From Verrucomicrobiales bacterium (GTDB lineage: Bacteria; Verrucomicrobiota; Verrucomicrobiia; Limisphaerales; JAYPEY01), in assembly GCA_038126035.1 (NCBI GenBank), contig JAYPEY010000014.1:13486-55101 (forward strand): a DNA stretch of 41,616 nucleotides, in the 5' to 3' direction. Below the pieces are notes generated by a model that made no database searches, was not told the DNA's origin, and saw only the letters and a program-made list of their open reading frames with translations. A program made the position numbers and the translations under genes. Of this stretch, positions 1-9,483 are shown one piece after another (positions within the stretch are counted from its first letter, which is position 1; every line of letters starts with the position of its first letter).

Positions 1-529
1 AGCCCAGCAACCGGCAGGCCTCCGCCCGGCGATCCGGATCAGCAAGTCCCGGAATCGCCGCTTCTAAATGCCCGGCCGCCTGCTCCATCAGTCCGGACTG
101 GTGACAAAGCCGCCCGAGAAGCGCCTGCGCTTCCGGCTTCCGATCCGGCTTGCCGGCCAGCCCCTTTTGCACCGCCTCAATGGCCTCCTCCGTCCTGAAC
201 TGCCGCGCCAACAGGCGTCCCAGGACAATGCCCGTCTCCGCCCCGTCTTTCTCGTTCGCGGCGGATCGCAGGCGAGCCTCCCACGCCGCCAGTCCCTCGT
301 TCTCAGAATACCCCTGAAAAACCCGGTCGAACGCCTGTTCCTGAAACGGGTTGCGCAACAGGACCTGTTCGTAACGTTCACGGATCTTCCGATCCAGACC
401 GATCTCCGGCGCCCCTTGGGCCGACGCGCGCCCCCCCATGAACGGCGACAGCGTCAGGCACAGGATCCCGAGCGCCAGATGCGGCAGGCGAGGTCGAGCC
501 GTCGCCCACGGCGTTCCAGGATTCGTCAT
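1..529 (-). CDS. Secreted TPR-like helical-repeat protein, N-terminal part (runs off the window start)
   Basis: Manual translation from ATG at 529: MTNPGTPWATARPRLPHLALGILCLTLSPFMGGRASAQ (signal peptide) ...RERYEQVLLRNPFQEQAFDRVF...LGRLL...EEAIEAVQKGL...ALLGRLCHQSGLMEQAAGHLEAA (TPR-like pattern). No stop before position 1. Absent from the ORF track because it is truncated. Confidence 0.7.
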   Translation of the reverse strand, partial: MTNPGTPWATARPRLPHLALGILCLTLSPFMGGRASAQGAPEIGLDRKIRERYEQVLLRNPFQEQAFDRVFQGYSENEGLAAWEARLRSAANEKDGAETGIVLGRLLARQFRTEEAIEAVQKGLAGKPDRKPEAQALLGRLCHQSGLMEQAAGHLEAAIPGLADPDRRAEACRLLG

Positions 530-753
530 CGGCGCTTCTTTCGGATCCGGGTTTCTGGGTGATTCGTCATTCCGGCGCGTTTCTCGATCTGCCGCGCCGG
601 AACGCCCTGCCGCGTCGCAAGCGGGGCCTTCCACCCGTTGAACGGCAAACTACGAGCGCCAGAGGAGCCGGTCAAAAGCAAAAGAGTCTGGAATGATCCC
701 CGGATGGGTCCTAGATTGCCGAAGTCGCACTTGGATCTCAGAATAATCGTCGC

Positions 754-3312
754 ATGAAGAACTGCCAGCCAGCCGGACCGAAACGCCTCCTGATCATCTT
801 CCTTGCCTTCACGCTCGCCGCATCGGGCGTCTCCCAAACAACGGAGACCATCGACCCGAATCCCGTGCGGGGACGCTATTTCATCTCGCCCTTTGGCAAG
901 GATGAATGGACCGGGAAGATCCCCGAGCCCAACGCCTCCCGGACCGACGGCCCCTTCAAGACCTTCGTCCGGGCGCGCAAGGCGCATCGCGACGACACCG
1001 TCCAGACCCGGATCATCGTCCGACAGGGCGTCTACCATTTCGCTGAACCCTTCGTTCTCGAGAAGATCGACTCCGGGTGCAGCTACGAAGCCTACCCCGG
1101 AGAGCGCGTCATTCTCAGCGGCGGCCGGCCGGTCCTGACCTGGACCAAGGTAACCAGATCGGCCTGGTCGGCGAGCCTGCCCGAGGTGCGTCGCGACCGC
1201 TGGGCCTTCAAACAGCTGCGGGTCGGCAACGAAATGCAGATCAATGCGCGCCATCCCGACTTCGATCCCAACAACCCCATCGAGGGCGGCTGGGCCCACG
1301 TCGAAGGCTCCGAGAAGAAGATCGGGAAGTTTGGCTCGTCGATCTCGAAGATCCAGAACCGCGGCGACTGGGTGGAGTGGTCCGTGTCGGTCCCGGCGGA
1401 CGGAACCTACCGGATCCTGTTCCTGTATCAGGCGGCCAATCGTCGCTACGGCATCGCCGATGTCGGCGAGCGCATGTCGCTCTCCGTCGATGGCGGCGCG
1501 CCCATCAAGTTGAAGAACCTCAAGGACACCGCCCGCGCCGCGTGGGCCGAGGTCGCCTCCGCCACCCTGACCGAGGGCGCCCACATCCTTCGTTGGAGCA
1601 ACGACGAAGGCGGCTTCCTGAACATCGACGCCCTGCTGCTCACCGACGACCCCGTCTGGGATCCGCTCAAGACCCGCGCGCCCGCCGCCGGCCGGGCGGC
1701 CGTCACGCATCAGGCCGAGATCATTGAAAACCACGGCTGCCAGGAGATCGTCATCCCGGAATCGCGCACGCCCGCCTCCCGCACGGCGTTCAAATTCAAG
1801 TTTGGCGACATCCCCGGCGTGGCGCAATCCATCGCCCCGGAATATCACGTCTTCAACGGCGCCGGCGCCGGAAACACGATTCTCTACCAACGCGGACTCG
1901 ACCCCCGCACCCGGACGGTCGGGGTCGAGGCCGGCAGCAACGCCTCGCAGGAAGTCCTCCCCGGCAACCGCTTCTTCGTCAGCAACATCAGGGAAGGCCT
2001 GACCAGCCCCGGAGAATGGTATCTCGATACCCGGAGAACCACGCTCTATTACTGGCCCAAGGCCCTCGACTTCCAGCAGCAGGGCGTCGTCGCGCCGTTT
2101 CTCGACCGCATCGTCCATATCAAGGGCGATCCCTCCAGGAACGAGTACGTCGATTCCGTGACCATCAAGGGCATGACCTTCATGGACACGACCTATTCCC
2201 GGAATTTCAACCCCTACCTCCCCGTCGATGCAGCCCTCTGGTTGAGCGGCGCCAAGAACTGCGTGATCGAGGGCAACCGGTTCATCCACCTCGGCGGCAA
2301 CGCCGTCCGCATCGATGAACAGAGCGTCGGCAATGAGATCGTCGGCAACGAGATCGGGCACACCGGCCAGGGCGGCGTCGTCCTGCTCGGCGACAACAAA
2401 TCGCAACCGAAGAAGACCCTGATCGCCGGAAACTGGATGCATCATCTGGGGACGATCCTGAAGCACGTCGCGGGCGTCTACTGCGTCAGCGCCGGCGAGA
2501 CACGGGTGTCGCACAACCTGTTCGAGGAACTCCCCCGCTACGCCATCTCCTTCAAGAGCCTCAATGCGCGAAGCTATTCCCACGGCAACGTGGCCGAATA
2601 CAACGAGATTCGCCGCACCTGTCTGGAAACGGCGGGAGGGGCCGCCATCGAGACCTCGGGACCGCACAAGATGGACACCGGCAATGTCATCCAATACAAC
2701 CGGATCCATGACACCGTCGGCCTGACCTGCAACGCCGAGGGCGAATTCCAGAAACCCTTTCTGAGCTGGGGCATCCTGCTCGACGCCTACTCCAGCGGGA
2801 CCGCCGTCGTCGGCAATGAGGTGGTCGGCAACGCCCAGGGCGGACTCTGCATCACCGGCGGCAGGAACAACCGGATCGAGAACAACGTCTTCGCCAACGG
2901 CCTCAAGCACCAGGTCCTCTTCCGCGTCGACGCCTCGGCCGACAAGAACAGCTTCATCCGCAACATCCTGCAATACACGTTGATCGAAGGCGATTTCATC
3001 GGCGCAACCGGCCGCTGGTCGCCGAAGTTTCTCAGCCTTTGCGATTACAACATCTACTGGCAGACGGAGGGCGTCGGTTACCTCAGTTCGGCCACCAAGG
3101 CTCTGACCCCCCTGGGCAGTTTCGCCAAGTGGCAGGCCGCCGGATTCGACAAGAACTCCGCCATCCAGGATCCGGGATTCGTCGACTCCCTGAAGAACAA
3201 CTTCACCCTCACCGCGGGCTCGCCCGCCTACAGCAAGATCAACTTCCAGGCGCTCCCCTACGAGAAGATCGGACTGCCGGGCTTCGATCGCGCCTGGAAG
3301 AAGGAGCCCTGA
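754..3312 (+). CDS. Secreted right-handed parallel beta-helix protein (GH141-like) with an inserted CBM6/CBM35-like module
   Basis: Signal peptide; YISPFGKDEWTG...DGPFKT, AYPGERVILSGG and LTSPGEWYLD..TLYYWP motifs; many I.GN.I / N.I.YN beta-helix repeats; CBM-like GDWVEWSVSVPADGTY...LTEGAHIL...NIDAL segment. Confidence 0.75.
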   Translation: MKNCQPAGPKRLLIIFLAFTLAASGVSQTTETIDPNPVRGRYFISPFGKDEWTGKIPEPNASRTDGPFKTFVRARKAHRDDTVQTRIIVRQGVYHFAEPFVLEKIDSGCSYEAYPGERVILSGGRPVLTWTKVTRSAWSASLPEVRRDRWAFKQLRVGNEMQINARHPDFDPNNPIEGGWAHVEGSEKKIGKFGSSISKIQNRGDWVEWSVSVPADGTYRILFLYQAANRRYGIADVGERMSLSVDGGAPIKLKNLKDTARAAWAEVASATLTEGAHILRWSNDEGGFLNIDALLLTDDPVWDPLKTRAPAAGRAAVTHQAEIIENHGCQEIVIPESRTPASRTAFKFKFGDIPGVAQSIAPEYHVFNGAGAGNTILYQRGLDPRTRTVGVEAGSNASQEVLPGNRFFVSNIREGLTSPGEWYLDTRRTTLYYWPKALDFQQQGVVAPFLDRIVHIKGDPSRNEYVDSVTIKGMTFMDTTYSRNFNPYLPVDAALWLSGAKNCVIEGNRFIHLGGNAVRIDEQSVGNEIVGNEIGHTGQGGVVLLGDNKSQPKKTLIAGNWMHHLGTILKHVAGVYCVSAGETRVSHNLFEELPRYAISFKSLNARSYSHGNVAEYNEIRRTCLETAGGAAIETSGPHKMDTGNVIQYNRIHDTVGLTCNAEGEFQKPFLSWGILLDAYSSGTAVVGNEVVGNAQGGLCITGGRNNRIENNVFANGLKHQVLFRVDASADKNSFIRNILQYTLIEGDFIGATGRWSPKFLSLCDYNIYWQTEGVGYLSSATKALTPLGSFAKWQAAGFDKNSAIQDPGFVDSLKNNFTLTAGSPAYSKINFQALPYEKIGLPGFDRAWKKEP

Positions 3313-3369
3313 GCCCGCGCCGCTCCCCGCCACGGCCAACCGCCACGGAGAGCCGGGACGTCCGAACAC

Positions 3370-4074
3370 ATGCCTCACGATCTCGACATCGCCGACGCGC
3401 TGCTGTCGTTCATCATCTTCGTGGTCTCGGTGACCCTGCATGAGGCGGCCCACGCCTGGGCGGCTCTCAAGGGCGGCGACCCCACCGCCTATCACGGCGG
3501 GCAGGTCACCATCGATCCCACGCCGCACATCCAGCGCGAACCCTTCGGCATGGTGGTCCTCCCCCTGCTCTCCCTCTTCCTGATCGGTTGGCCGCTGGGC
3601 TTCGCCAGCGCTCCCTACGATCCCATGTGGGCCGTGCGCCATCCTCGTCGCGCGGCCCTGATGGCCGCCGCCGGCCCCGCCGCAAACCTGCTCCTGCTGA
3701 TCGTCGCGGCGCTCGGCATCAAGGCCGGAATGATCGCCGGCCTCTTCTACGCCCCGGATTCACTGAGCTTTGGCCACATCGTCGGCGCCGAAGGCAGATT
3801 CGCATCCGGAATCGGCTACGTGTTGGGCATGGGCTTCTGCATGAACCTGCTCATGTTCGTCTTCAACCTCATCCCGCTCCCTCCGCTCGACGGCAGCGGC
3901 GTCGTCATGGGATTCCTTGATGAGGAAACCTCCGAGAAATACCTGACCGTCATGCATCAACCCGCCTTCACCATCATCGGCATGCTCCTGGCCTGGAAGC
4001 TGATCGCCTTCCTCTTCTCCCCCGTCCTCCTCTTCGCCATCGGCCTCCTCTACCCCGAATCAAATTACCGGTGA
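3370..4074 (+). CDS. Site-2 protease family (peptidase M50) intramembrane metalloprotease
   Basis: HEAAH zinc motif, AAGPAAN, FNLIPLPPLDG; several hydrophobic segments. Confidence 0.92.
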   Translation: MPHDLDIADALLSFIIFVVSVTLHEAAHAWAALKGGDPTAYHGGQVTIDPTPHIQREPFGMVVLPLLSLFLIGWPLGFASAPYDPMWAVRHPRRAALMAAAGPAANLLLLIVAALGIKAGMIAGLFYAPDSLSFGHIVGAEGRFASGIGYVLGMGFCMNLLMFVFNLIPLPPLDGSGVVMGFLDEETSEKYLTVMHQPAFTIIGMLLAWKLIAFLFSPVLLFAIGLLYPESNYR

Positions 4075-4156
4075 TTCGAAAGGCGGGGAGGCTCTCGTCC
4101 TCCCACTCGTCCTCGTCGATCCGGGATTCGGAACAAGATCTGGAAATCGCCCCCGC

Positions 4157-5479
4157 CTATTTCGCCGTCATGGCGGCTTCGATCGCCGCGGTGGGGTCTT
4201 CATGCGCGCTGACGCTGCTGATGAGCCCGGCCCGATCAACGAGCCACATTGCAGGAATGCCTTCGATGCCCAGATTATCCGCCAATTTCGTGATCCAGCC
4301 GTCCTTGTCGTAGGCGACCGGCCAGACGATCTTCTCTTCGCCGACAGTCCGCTGAAAATCGAGTTTCTTGGCGTCCAGGCTGAGCCCGAGGATCTCGAAG
4401 CCGGCATCCTTGTGCTTCGCGTAGGCCTTTCGCAATTGGGGCAGTTCCTCGATGCAGGGACCGCACCACGACGCCCAGAAATCGATCAACACCACCTTCC
4501 CCTTCAGCTTCGCCAGGTCGATCTCCCGCCCGTCCGACGCGGTGAACTTCAATTCCATGCGTTTGCCGACCGGAGCCGCCTTCAGTTCTTCGAAGGTTGC
4601 TGCGGCCGGCGTGGGCGCAGCGTTTTTTTCCGGCGTCTGGGTGGGCGCGCCGGCCAGCGCTTCCGCCCGTTTCTCAGCCAACCGATTCAATTCCTCCAGC
4701 TTCCCCGTCGCCTCCTTTTGCAATGCCACGACCTCCGCCCGGGTTTCCTCCGAAAGCTCCACCGCCAGGACCTCATCCAACAGTTGCAACGCATGCGAAA
4801 TGTCATCTTTTCTGGGAATCGAATCAGAAACCAACCCCTCGGCCGCCGTGTGCAGCAGCTCGTAGACCTCCGTCCGTCCGGGATACTCCTGCATCAGGCG
4901 ACGGGCCTGCCGCTCCAGCTCCTTCAACATGCGTTCATTCGACTCCGGACTCCGCTTCTCCAGCGCCGACCGCATCGCCCCATCGAGTCGATACCGAAAC
5001 AGTTTCTCGGCGTCGTCGCCGACCAGCGAGGTCTCCAATTCCCGGATCCGGTCCTCGTGCGCCGTCAGCCCGTGTTCCACGGCAATCCTCAGAAACTTCA
5101 GCTCCAGGTCCGACGCCTTCGACGCCATGGGGTGCTCTGGAAAGTCCTTCCCGAATTCACGGGTCATCCCGGCCGCCTTGGCCGCCCGGGCGCCATTGTT
5201 GCGCTCCCACTCCGCAAACACCTCGTCCGAGGGCGGATCGTTGGTCCACGACGGCGGCGGCGCGATCGGCTGCGCCTGCGCCACCACGGCTTCCCAGGCC
5301 GCGTTGGCGCGCTCCATCTCCTCCTCCTGCCGGACCGTCTCGGCGCTGACCGGCGGCTTCGGCGGATTGGGGTTGTATCCCTTGCCCGCCCGGGATGGCG
5401 TATCGAAATCACATCCGGCCACGAGCATTCCCATCGTCGCCGCCGTCAACCAGACTGTCCCTCTTATTCGCATCGTCAC
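4157..5479 (-). CDS. TlpA/ResA-family thiol-disulfide oxidoreductase lipoprotein with a long helical N-terminal region
   Basis: Lipobox LVAG-C; C-terminal KGKVVLIDFWASWCGPC...GIPAMWLVDRAG thioredoxin fold; GTG start overlaps the upstream stop (GTGA). Confidence 0.88.
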   Translation of the reverse strand: MTMRIRGTVWLTAATMGMLVAGCDFDTPSRAGKGYNPNPPKPPVSAETVRQEEEMERANAAWEAVVAQAQPIAPPPSWTNDPPSDEVFAEWERNNGARAAKAAGMTREFGKDFPEHPMASKASDLELKFLRIAVEHGLTAHEDRIRELETSLVGDDAEKLFRYRLDGAMRSALEKRSPESNERMLKELERQARRLMQEYPGRTEVYELLHTAAEGLVSDSIPRKDDISHALQLLDEVLAVELSEETRAEVVALQKEATGKLEELNRLAEKRAEALAGAPTQTPEKNAAPTPAAATFEELKAAPVGKRMELKFTASDGREIDLAKLKGKVVLIDFWASWCGPCIEELPQLRKAYAKHKDAGFEILGLSLDAKKLDFQRTVGEEKIVWPVAYDKDGWITKLADNLGIEGIPAMWLVDRAGLISSVSAHEDPTAAIEAAMTAK

Positions 5480-6267
5480 TGCCCTTCCGTCTTTGCCGCC
5501 TCCGCCAACGCTGCCTCCAACCGGCTCAACGCCAGCTGCACGCGCAACGGATTGTCCGGCGAACCAAAATCCGCGGCCCGCGCATCGTCAACGGGATTTT
5601 CCCGCGCCCGGACCAACGCCCGACGCATGGTCTCTCCATCATCGATCGTCAATTTCCCATCCAGCCTCCCCGCCTGTTCGGCGCGCATCACCGTCCGGGA
5701 AAACTCCAGCAACGGCGCGCAGGGCTCCAGGCAGGGAATCACGCTCTTGTTCTCCTCGCCGTCCTCGTCCAATCCCGGAGCCGACCACAATCGACGCTTG
5801 AGGCAGTTGTCCGGCGCGCAGACCGTGCCCACCGTTTCGCCCACCAACGCATCGTCCAACAGTTGGGTCAACCGATACATCCCCGTCTGCCGTCCGGTGA
5901 ATTCGCGATAGGAGGTCGCTTCGACGCGCCCCGCCCGGACCGCGGCCCAATCCGCCACCGCGCCGGGATAAAGATGATTCAATGCCTCGACCAGGGCCGC
6001 TTCGTCCGTCGCCAGACAGATCCAACCGGAACGGAGATCGGGGCTCGCCTTCAGCGGCCGGAACGCCCCGCTCTCCGAAAACCTGGCCAGGTCCCGCAAT
6101 TCCGGGACAGACAGCCGCCGCAGGCCTGAGGCGTCCGCCTCCCGGTCTGCGACATGCCGCAGCTCAAATCCCGCATCCACCCGCCGCGCCAACGTCTGCG
6201 CAACCAGCGTCTCCGCCGCTACAAATCCGCCAAATTCCCGCGCTGTCCGGTCGTCGTGTGAACCCAT
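5476..6267 (-). CDS. DR2241-family protein (stabilising domain plus C-terminal Cys-rich 4Fe-4S domain), stand-alone without a CbiX domain
   Basis: GAFRPLKASPDLRSGW, LNHLYPGA, RQTGMY, C..NCLKRRLW, IPCLEPC motifs; start taken at the MGSHDD ATG (6267), 4 nt after the upstream stop. Confidence 0.75.
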   Translation of the reverse strand: MGSHDDRTAREFGGFVAAETLVAQTLARRVDAGFELRHVADREADASGLRRLSVPELRDLARFSESGAFRPLKASPDLRSGWICLATDEAALVEALNHLYPGAVADWAAVRAGRVEATSYREFTGRQTGMYRLTQLLDDALVGETVGTVCAPDNCLKRRLWSAPGLDEDGEENKSVIPCLEPCAPLLEFSRTVMRAEQAGRLDGKLTIDDGETMRRALVRARENPVDDARAADFGSPDNPLRVQLALSRLEAALAEAAKTEGQ

Positions 6268-6271
6268 GGGT

Positions 6272-6713
6272 TCACAACGTAACCGATACCGGCGAATTGC
6301 AAAACTTTTTGCCGTCCAGCTTTTCTGCGTCCGGCGCGCCGCCCCGTTCTCCCGCCAGTATCGCCACGGTCTCCGCAATCTCCAGCAGATCGAACGGCTT
6401 CGAAAACACCCGGACCGCCCCCCATCCGGGACGCCTGAAACAGATCCTCCTCCTGATCCGCATTCAACGCTCCCGAAACCGCGATAACCCGGGCCTCCGG
6501 AAACTCCTGACGCAACTCATGAATCAGATCCAATCCGTCCATCCCCGGCATGAGAATGTCCGTGATGATCACGTCCGCGCGAACCTCCTTGTTCAAGTTC
6601 AATGCCACGACTCCATTCGCGGCTCCTTCCACCTGATGCCCATCTTCTTCCAGGACAAATCGCAACAACTCGCGAATATGGGCTTCATCGTCCACTACAA
6701 GCACTTTGGCCAT
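6272..6713 (-). pseudogene. Single-domain CheY-like response regulator, frameshifted (+1 in a G6 run, C6 at 6418-6423 on the + strand)
   Basis: One frame reads MAKVLVVDDE...IITDILMPGMDG...VIAVSG; the conserved GAVRVFSKPF continues in another frame (ORF 6272..6463). Removing one G gives 146 aa. May be a homopolymer sequencing error. Confidence 0.82.
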
Positions 6714-6760
6714 ATGTTCTCCAGGTTGAGGGTTGATTGTCTTGTGGACCGAAATTGTTG

Positions 6761-6776
6761 GCAATTTTCGTGCCAA
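6761..6776 (-). promoter_or_regulatory. Sigma-54 (-24/-12) promoter
   Basis: Minus strand TTGGCACGAAAATTGC matches the YTGGCACG-N4-TTGC core consensus, about 50 nt upstream of the receiver gene start. Confidence 0.8.
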
Positions 6777-6876
6777 CGTCCCTCGCCTCATGACGAATAA
6801 CGGAGAAAATATCCCAATTGCCAATTGACGCGGAAACACCCTCAAAGTTCAACTCGGTCAACTCCCCAGAATACCC

Positions 6877-9378
6877 ATGAGAAAATGCCTTTTCCTCCAC
6901 CGTAGCGCGGCCGTCCCGGCAGCGGGTTACAGCAGCGTCTCGCCGCTAGAATCGGGCGACCGGGCGGGGACGCCCGTCGAACCAGCAGAGGCGCCCGTCG
7001 CATCCCTCAAACTCCCGATCGCCGCCGGCCTCACACTGGTCCTCACCGCGCTCCTCTCGATCACCGTCACGGCCATAGCCGAACTACCGCAGATCGACAG
7101 CGTGGAGTTCCAACCCTTCGCCTCCTCCACCGAACGCGTGCTGGAGGCCCTGCGTTTCGTCGGCGCGCCTTTGGCCACGGAGGACGAGGCTGCCGTCCGC
7201 GCCGCCCTGCGCGAGATCGATCAGGCCGGCGCGGTGAAAAAGATCCAGTCCGTGCTGGACCGCTATTGTGTGGCGGGGGTGCACATCAATCCCGAAAGCC
7301 GCGTCAAGGTGCAGGAGGGCCCCGCCAAAAAAGAACTGGTGCAGCAGGGCTGGCGGACCTTCCTGGTCAAGGTCCACAATGAGGCCGGCATCACGCCGAT
7401 CCTGAAGGCCGTGAGCCCGAACGCCCGGCCCCAATACAAGCGCAGCCGCAGCTCACCCGAGCCCAAGCTGGAGATCACCGCCGCCGATGTCGCCCATCGC
7501 TTCCTCGACATCGCCATGTTCAACAACCGCCCCCTCAAGCCCGGCCTTTCCGGACTCGAAGCGGAATATCGCATCATCCAGCTCTACAGCCGCGACGTCG
7601 GCCGCCGCGAGGCCACCCTCGCCTTCAATGTTGGCCAGGGCACCCAGGACCTCGGCTTCCGCAACGAGGTCGCCATCCTGTTCAACTGCGTCCCCGCCGT
7701 CAGCGTCTCCCTCGGCGTCAAGGACGTGGACGGCAGGCCCACCTCCGCCGCTTTCGTCATCCGCGATTCCCATGGTCGGGTCTATCCGAATCCAGCCCGC
7801 CGCCTGGCCCCCGATTTCTTCTTCCACGACCAGGTCTATCGCGCAGATGGCGAGACCCTGCTCCTCCCGCCCGGCGAGTATTCCGTCACCGTCACCCGCG
7901 GCCCGGAATACCTCGTCCAGACCAACCAATTGACCGTCAAGGAAGGCGTCGCCAGCCAACGCGCGGACTTCCAACTCCAGCGCTGGATCCACCCCGCCAA
8001 GCGTCAATGGTTTTCCGGCGACCACCACGTCCACGCCGCCGGTTGCGCCCACTACGAGAACCCCACCGAAGGCGTCACGCCCGCGGACATGATGCGTCAC
8101 ATCCTCGGCGAGGATCTCAATGTCGGCTGCGTCCTCAGTTGGGGGCCCTGCTGGTATGCGCAGAAGCAATACTTCGAAGGCAAGGTCTCCGCGCTGTCGA
8201 AGGGCGACCACCTCATGCGCTACGACGTCGAGGTCAGCGGCTTCCCCTCCTCCCACGCCGGCCACCTCTGCCTGCTCCGCCTCGAAGAGGACGACTACCC
8301 GGGGACCGAGCGCATCGAACAATGGCCCAGCTGGACTCTGCCCGTGCTCAAATGGGGCAAGGAGCAGAACGGCGTCGTCGGCTACAGCCACAGCGGCTGG
8401 GGACTCGCCCTGCCCGACTACGCGCCCGACGGCAGCCGCATCGAGATCTTCCGCCGCAAACCCGGCCCCCGCGGCCGCGCCGCCGACACGCTCCCCGACT
8501 ACGCCATGCCCCGCTTCGACGGCATCGGCGCCAACGAATACGTCGTCACCGTCGCCCACGATGTCTGCGACTTCATCTCCGCCGTCGACACCCCGGCCAT
8601 CTGGGAATTGAACATCTGGTATCACACGCTCAACTGCGGCTTCCGCGCGCGCATCAGCGGCGAAACGGATTTCCCCTGCATCTACGGCGACAAGGTCGGA
8701 CTCGGACGCATCTACGTGAAACTCGACAAGGACCAGCCCCTCAACTTCGACAACTGGGTCCAGGGCCTGAAGGCCGGCCGCAGCTACTGCGGCGACGGCA
8801 TGAGCCACATCCTCGACTTCAAGGTCGATGACGTCGCCGTCGGCGAACCCGGCTCCGTGGGCAGGATCAGCCAGCTCAACCTCGCCAAGCCCGGCAAGGT
8901 GAAGGTCAGCTTCGACGCCTCCGCCCTGCTGGCTCCGAAGCCCACCGCCGAAACCGAGCGCATCCGCAAATCCCGCCTCGACGCGAAACCCTACTGGCAC
9001 ATCGAGCGCAGCCGCATCGGCGCCACCCGCAAGGTCCCGGTCGAAATCGTCGTCAACGGCCAGGCCGTCGCCCGCAAGCAACTACTCGCCGACGGCAAAA
9101 CCCGCCCCATGAGCTTCGACATCGACCTCACGCATTCCAGCTGGGTCGCCGTGCGCATCCTGCCCAGCGCCCACACCAACCCGGTCTTCGTCGAGGTCGG
9201 CGGGCAACCGATCCGCGCCAGCCGCAAAAGCGCAGACTGGTGCATCAAGGCCGTCGACACCTGCTGGGAACAAAAGAAGAACCGCATCCGCGAAGACGAA
9301 CGAACCCAGGCCAGACTCGCCTACGGCCGCGCCCGCAGCATCTACGAAAAGATCAAACTGGAAAGCGTGGCGGATTGA
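6877..9378 (+). CDS. CehA/McbA-family (PHP-like) secreted metallohydrolase
   Basis: VHINPESRVKV, TRGPEY, WFSGDHHVHAAGCAHY, YDVEVSGFPSSHAGHL, GETDFPCI, SAHTNPVFV; hydrophobic signal-like stretch at about aa 46-70. Confidence 0.8.
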   Translation: MRKCLFLHRSAAVPAAGYSSVSPLESGDRAGTPVEPAEAPVASLKLPIAAGLTLVLTALLSITVTAIAELPQIDSVEFQPFASSTERVLEALRFVGAPLATEDEAAVRAALREIDQAGAVKKIQSVLDRYCVAGVHINPESRVKVQEGPAKKELVQQGWRTFLVKVHNEAGITPILKAVSPNARPQYKRSRSSPEPKLEITAADVAHRFLDIAMFNNRPLKPGLSGLEAEYRIIQLYSRDVGRREATLAFNVGQGTQDLGFRNEVAILFNCVPAVSVSLGVKDVDGRPTSAAFVIRDSHGRVYPNPARRLAPDFFFHDQVYRADGETLLLPPGEYSVTVTRGPEYLVQTNQLTVKEGVASQRADFQLQRWIHPAKRQWFSGDHHVHAAGCAHYENPTEGVTPADMMRHILGEDLNVGCVLSWGPCWYAQKQYFEGKVSALSKGDHLMRYDVEVSGFPSSHAGHLCLLRLEEDDYPGTERIEQWPSWTLPVLKWGKEQNGVVGYSHSGWGLALPDYAPDGSRIEIFRRKPGPRGRAADTLPDYAMPRFDGIGANEYVVTVAHDVCDFISAVDTPAIWELNIWYHTLNCGFRARISGETDFPCIYGDKVGLGRIYVKLDKDQPLNFDNWVQGLKAGRSYCGDGMSHILDFKVDDVAVGEPGSVGRISQLNLAKPGKVKVSFDASALLAPKPTAETERIRKSRLDAKPYWHIERSRIGATRKVPVEIVVNGQAVARKQLLADGKTRPMSFDIDLTHSSWVAVRILPSAHTNPVFVEVGGQPIRASRKSADWCIKAVDTCWEQKKNRIREDERTQARLAYGRARSIYEKIKLESVAD
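6902..7001. repeat. GTAG-type REP-like palindromic element, degenerate, inside the 5' end of the CDS
   Basis: GTAGCGCGGCCGTCCCGGCAGCGGGTT...CAGCGTCTCGCCGCT...GGCGGGGACGCCCGTCGAACCAGCAG resembles GTAG-headed REP units; recognised from memory, not searched. Confidence 0.45.
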
Positions 9379-9483
9379 GGCGGAGAATTCCGGTGTAGCT
9401 GAATTGAAGAACGATTCCCGAGAATCCCGGCAGGAACGGAGTATCACGGAAAATCGACTTGTTGATAAATTGTTCGGCATCGC

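Noticed and set aside
526-3642. 1038-aa minus-strand ORF and other long antisense ORFs (e.g. 4202-5911, 7453-9081, 13190-15787, 17076-18572, 22650-24281, 25577-27145, 34810-36447)
   Set aside because: Shadow ORFs opposite well-supported genes, expected from high GC3 codon bias; they contain no motifs
4081-4158. CTCGTCCTC short repeats with AGGCGGGG/CCCCGCCT ends as a mobile element
   Set aside because: Too short and degenerate; at most a decayed intergenic repeat or terminator between convergent genes
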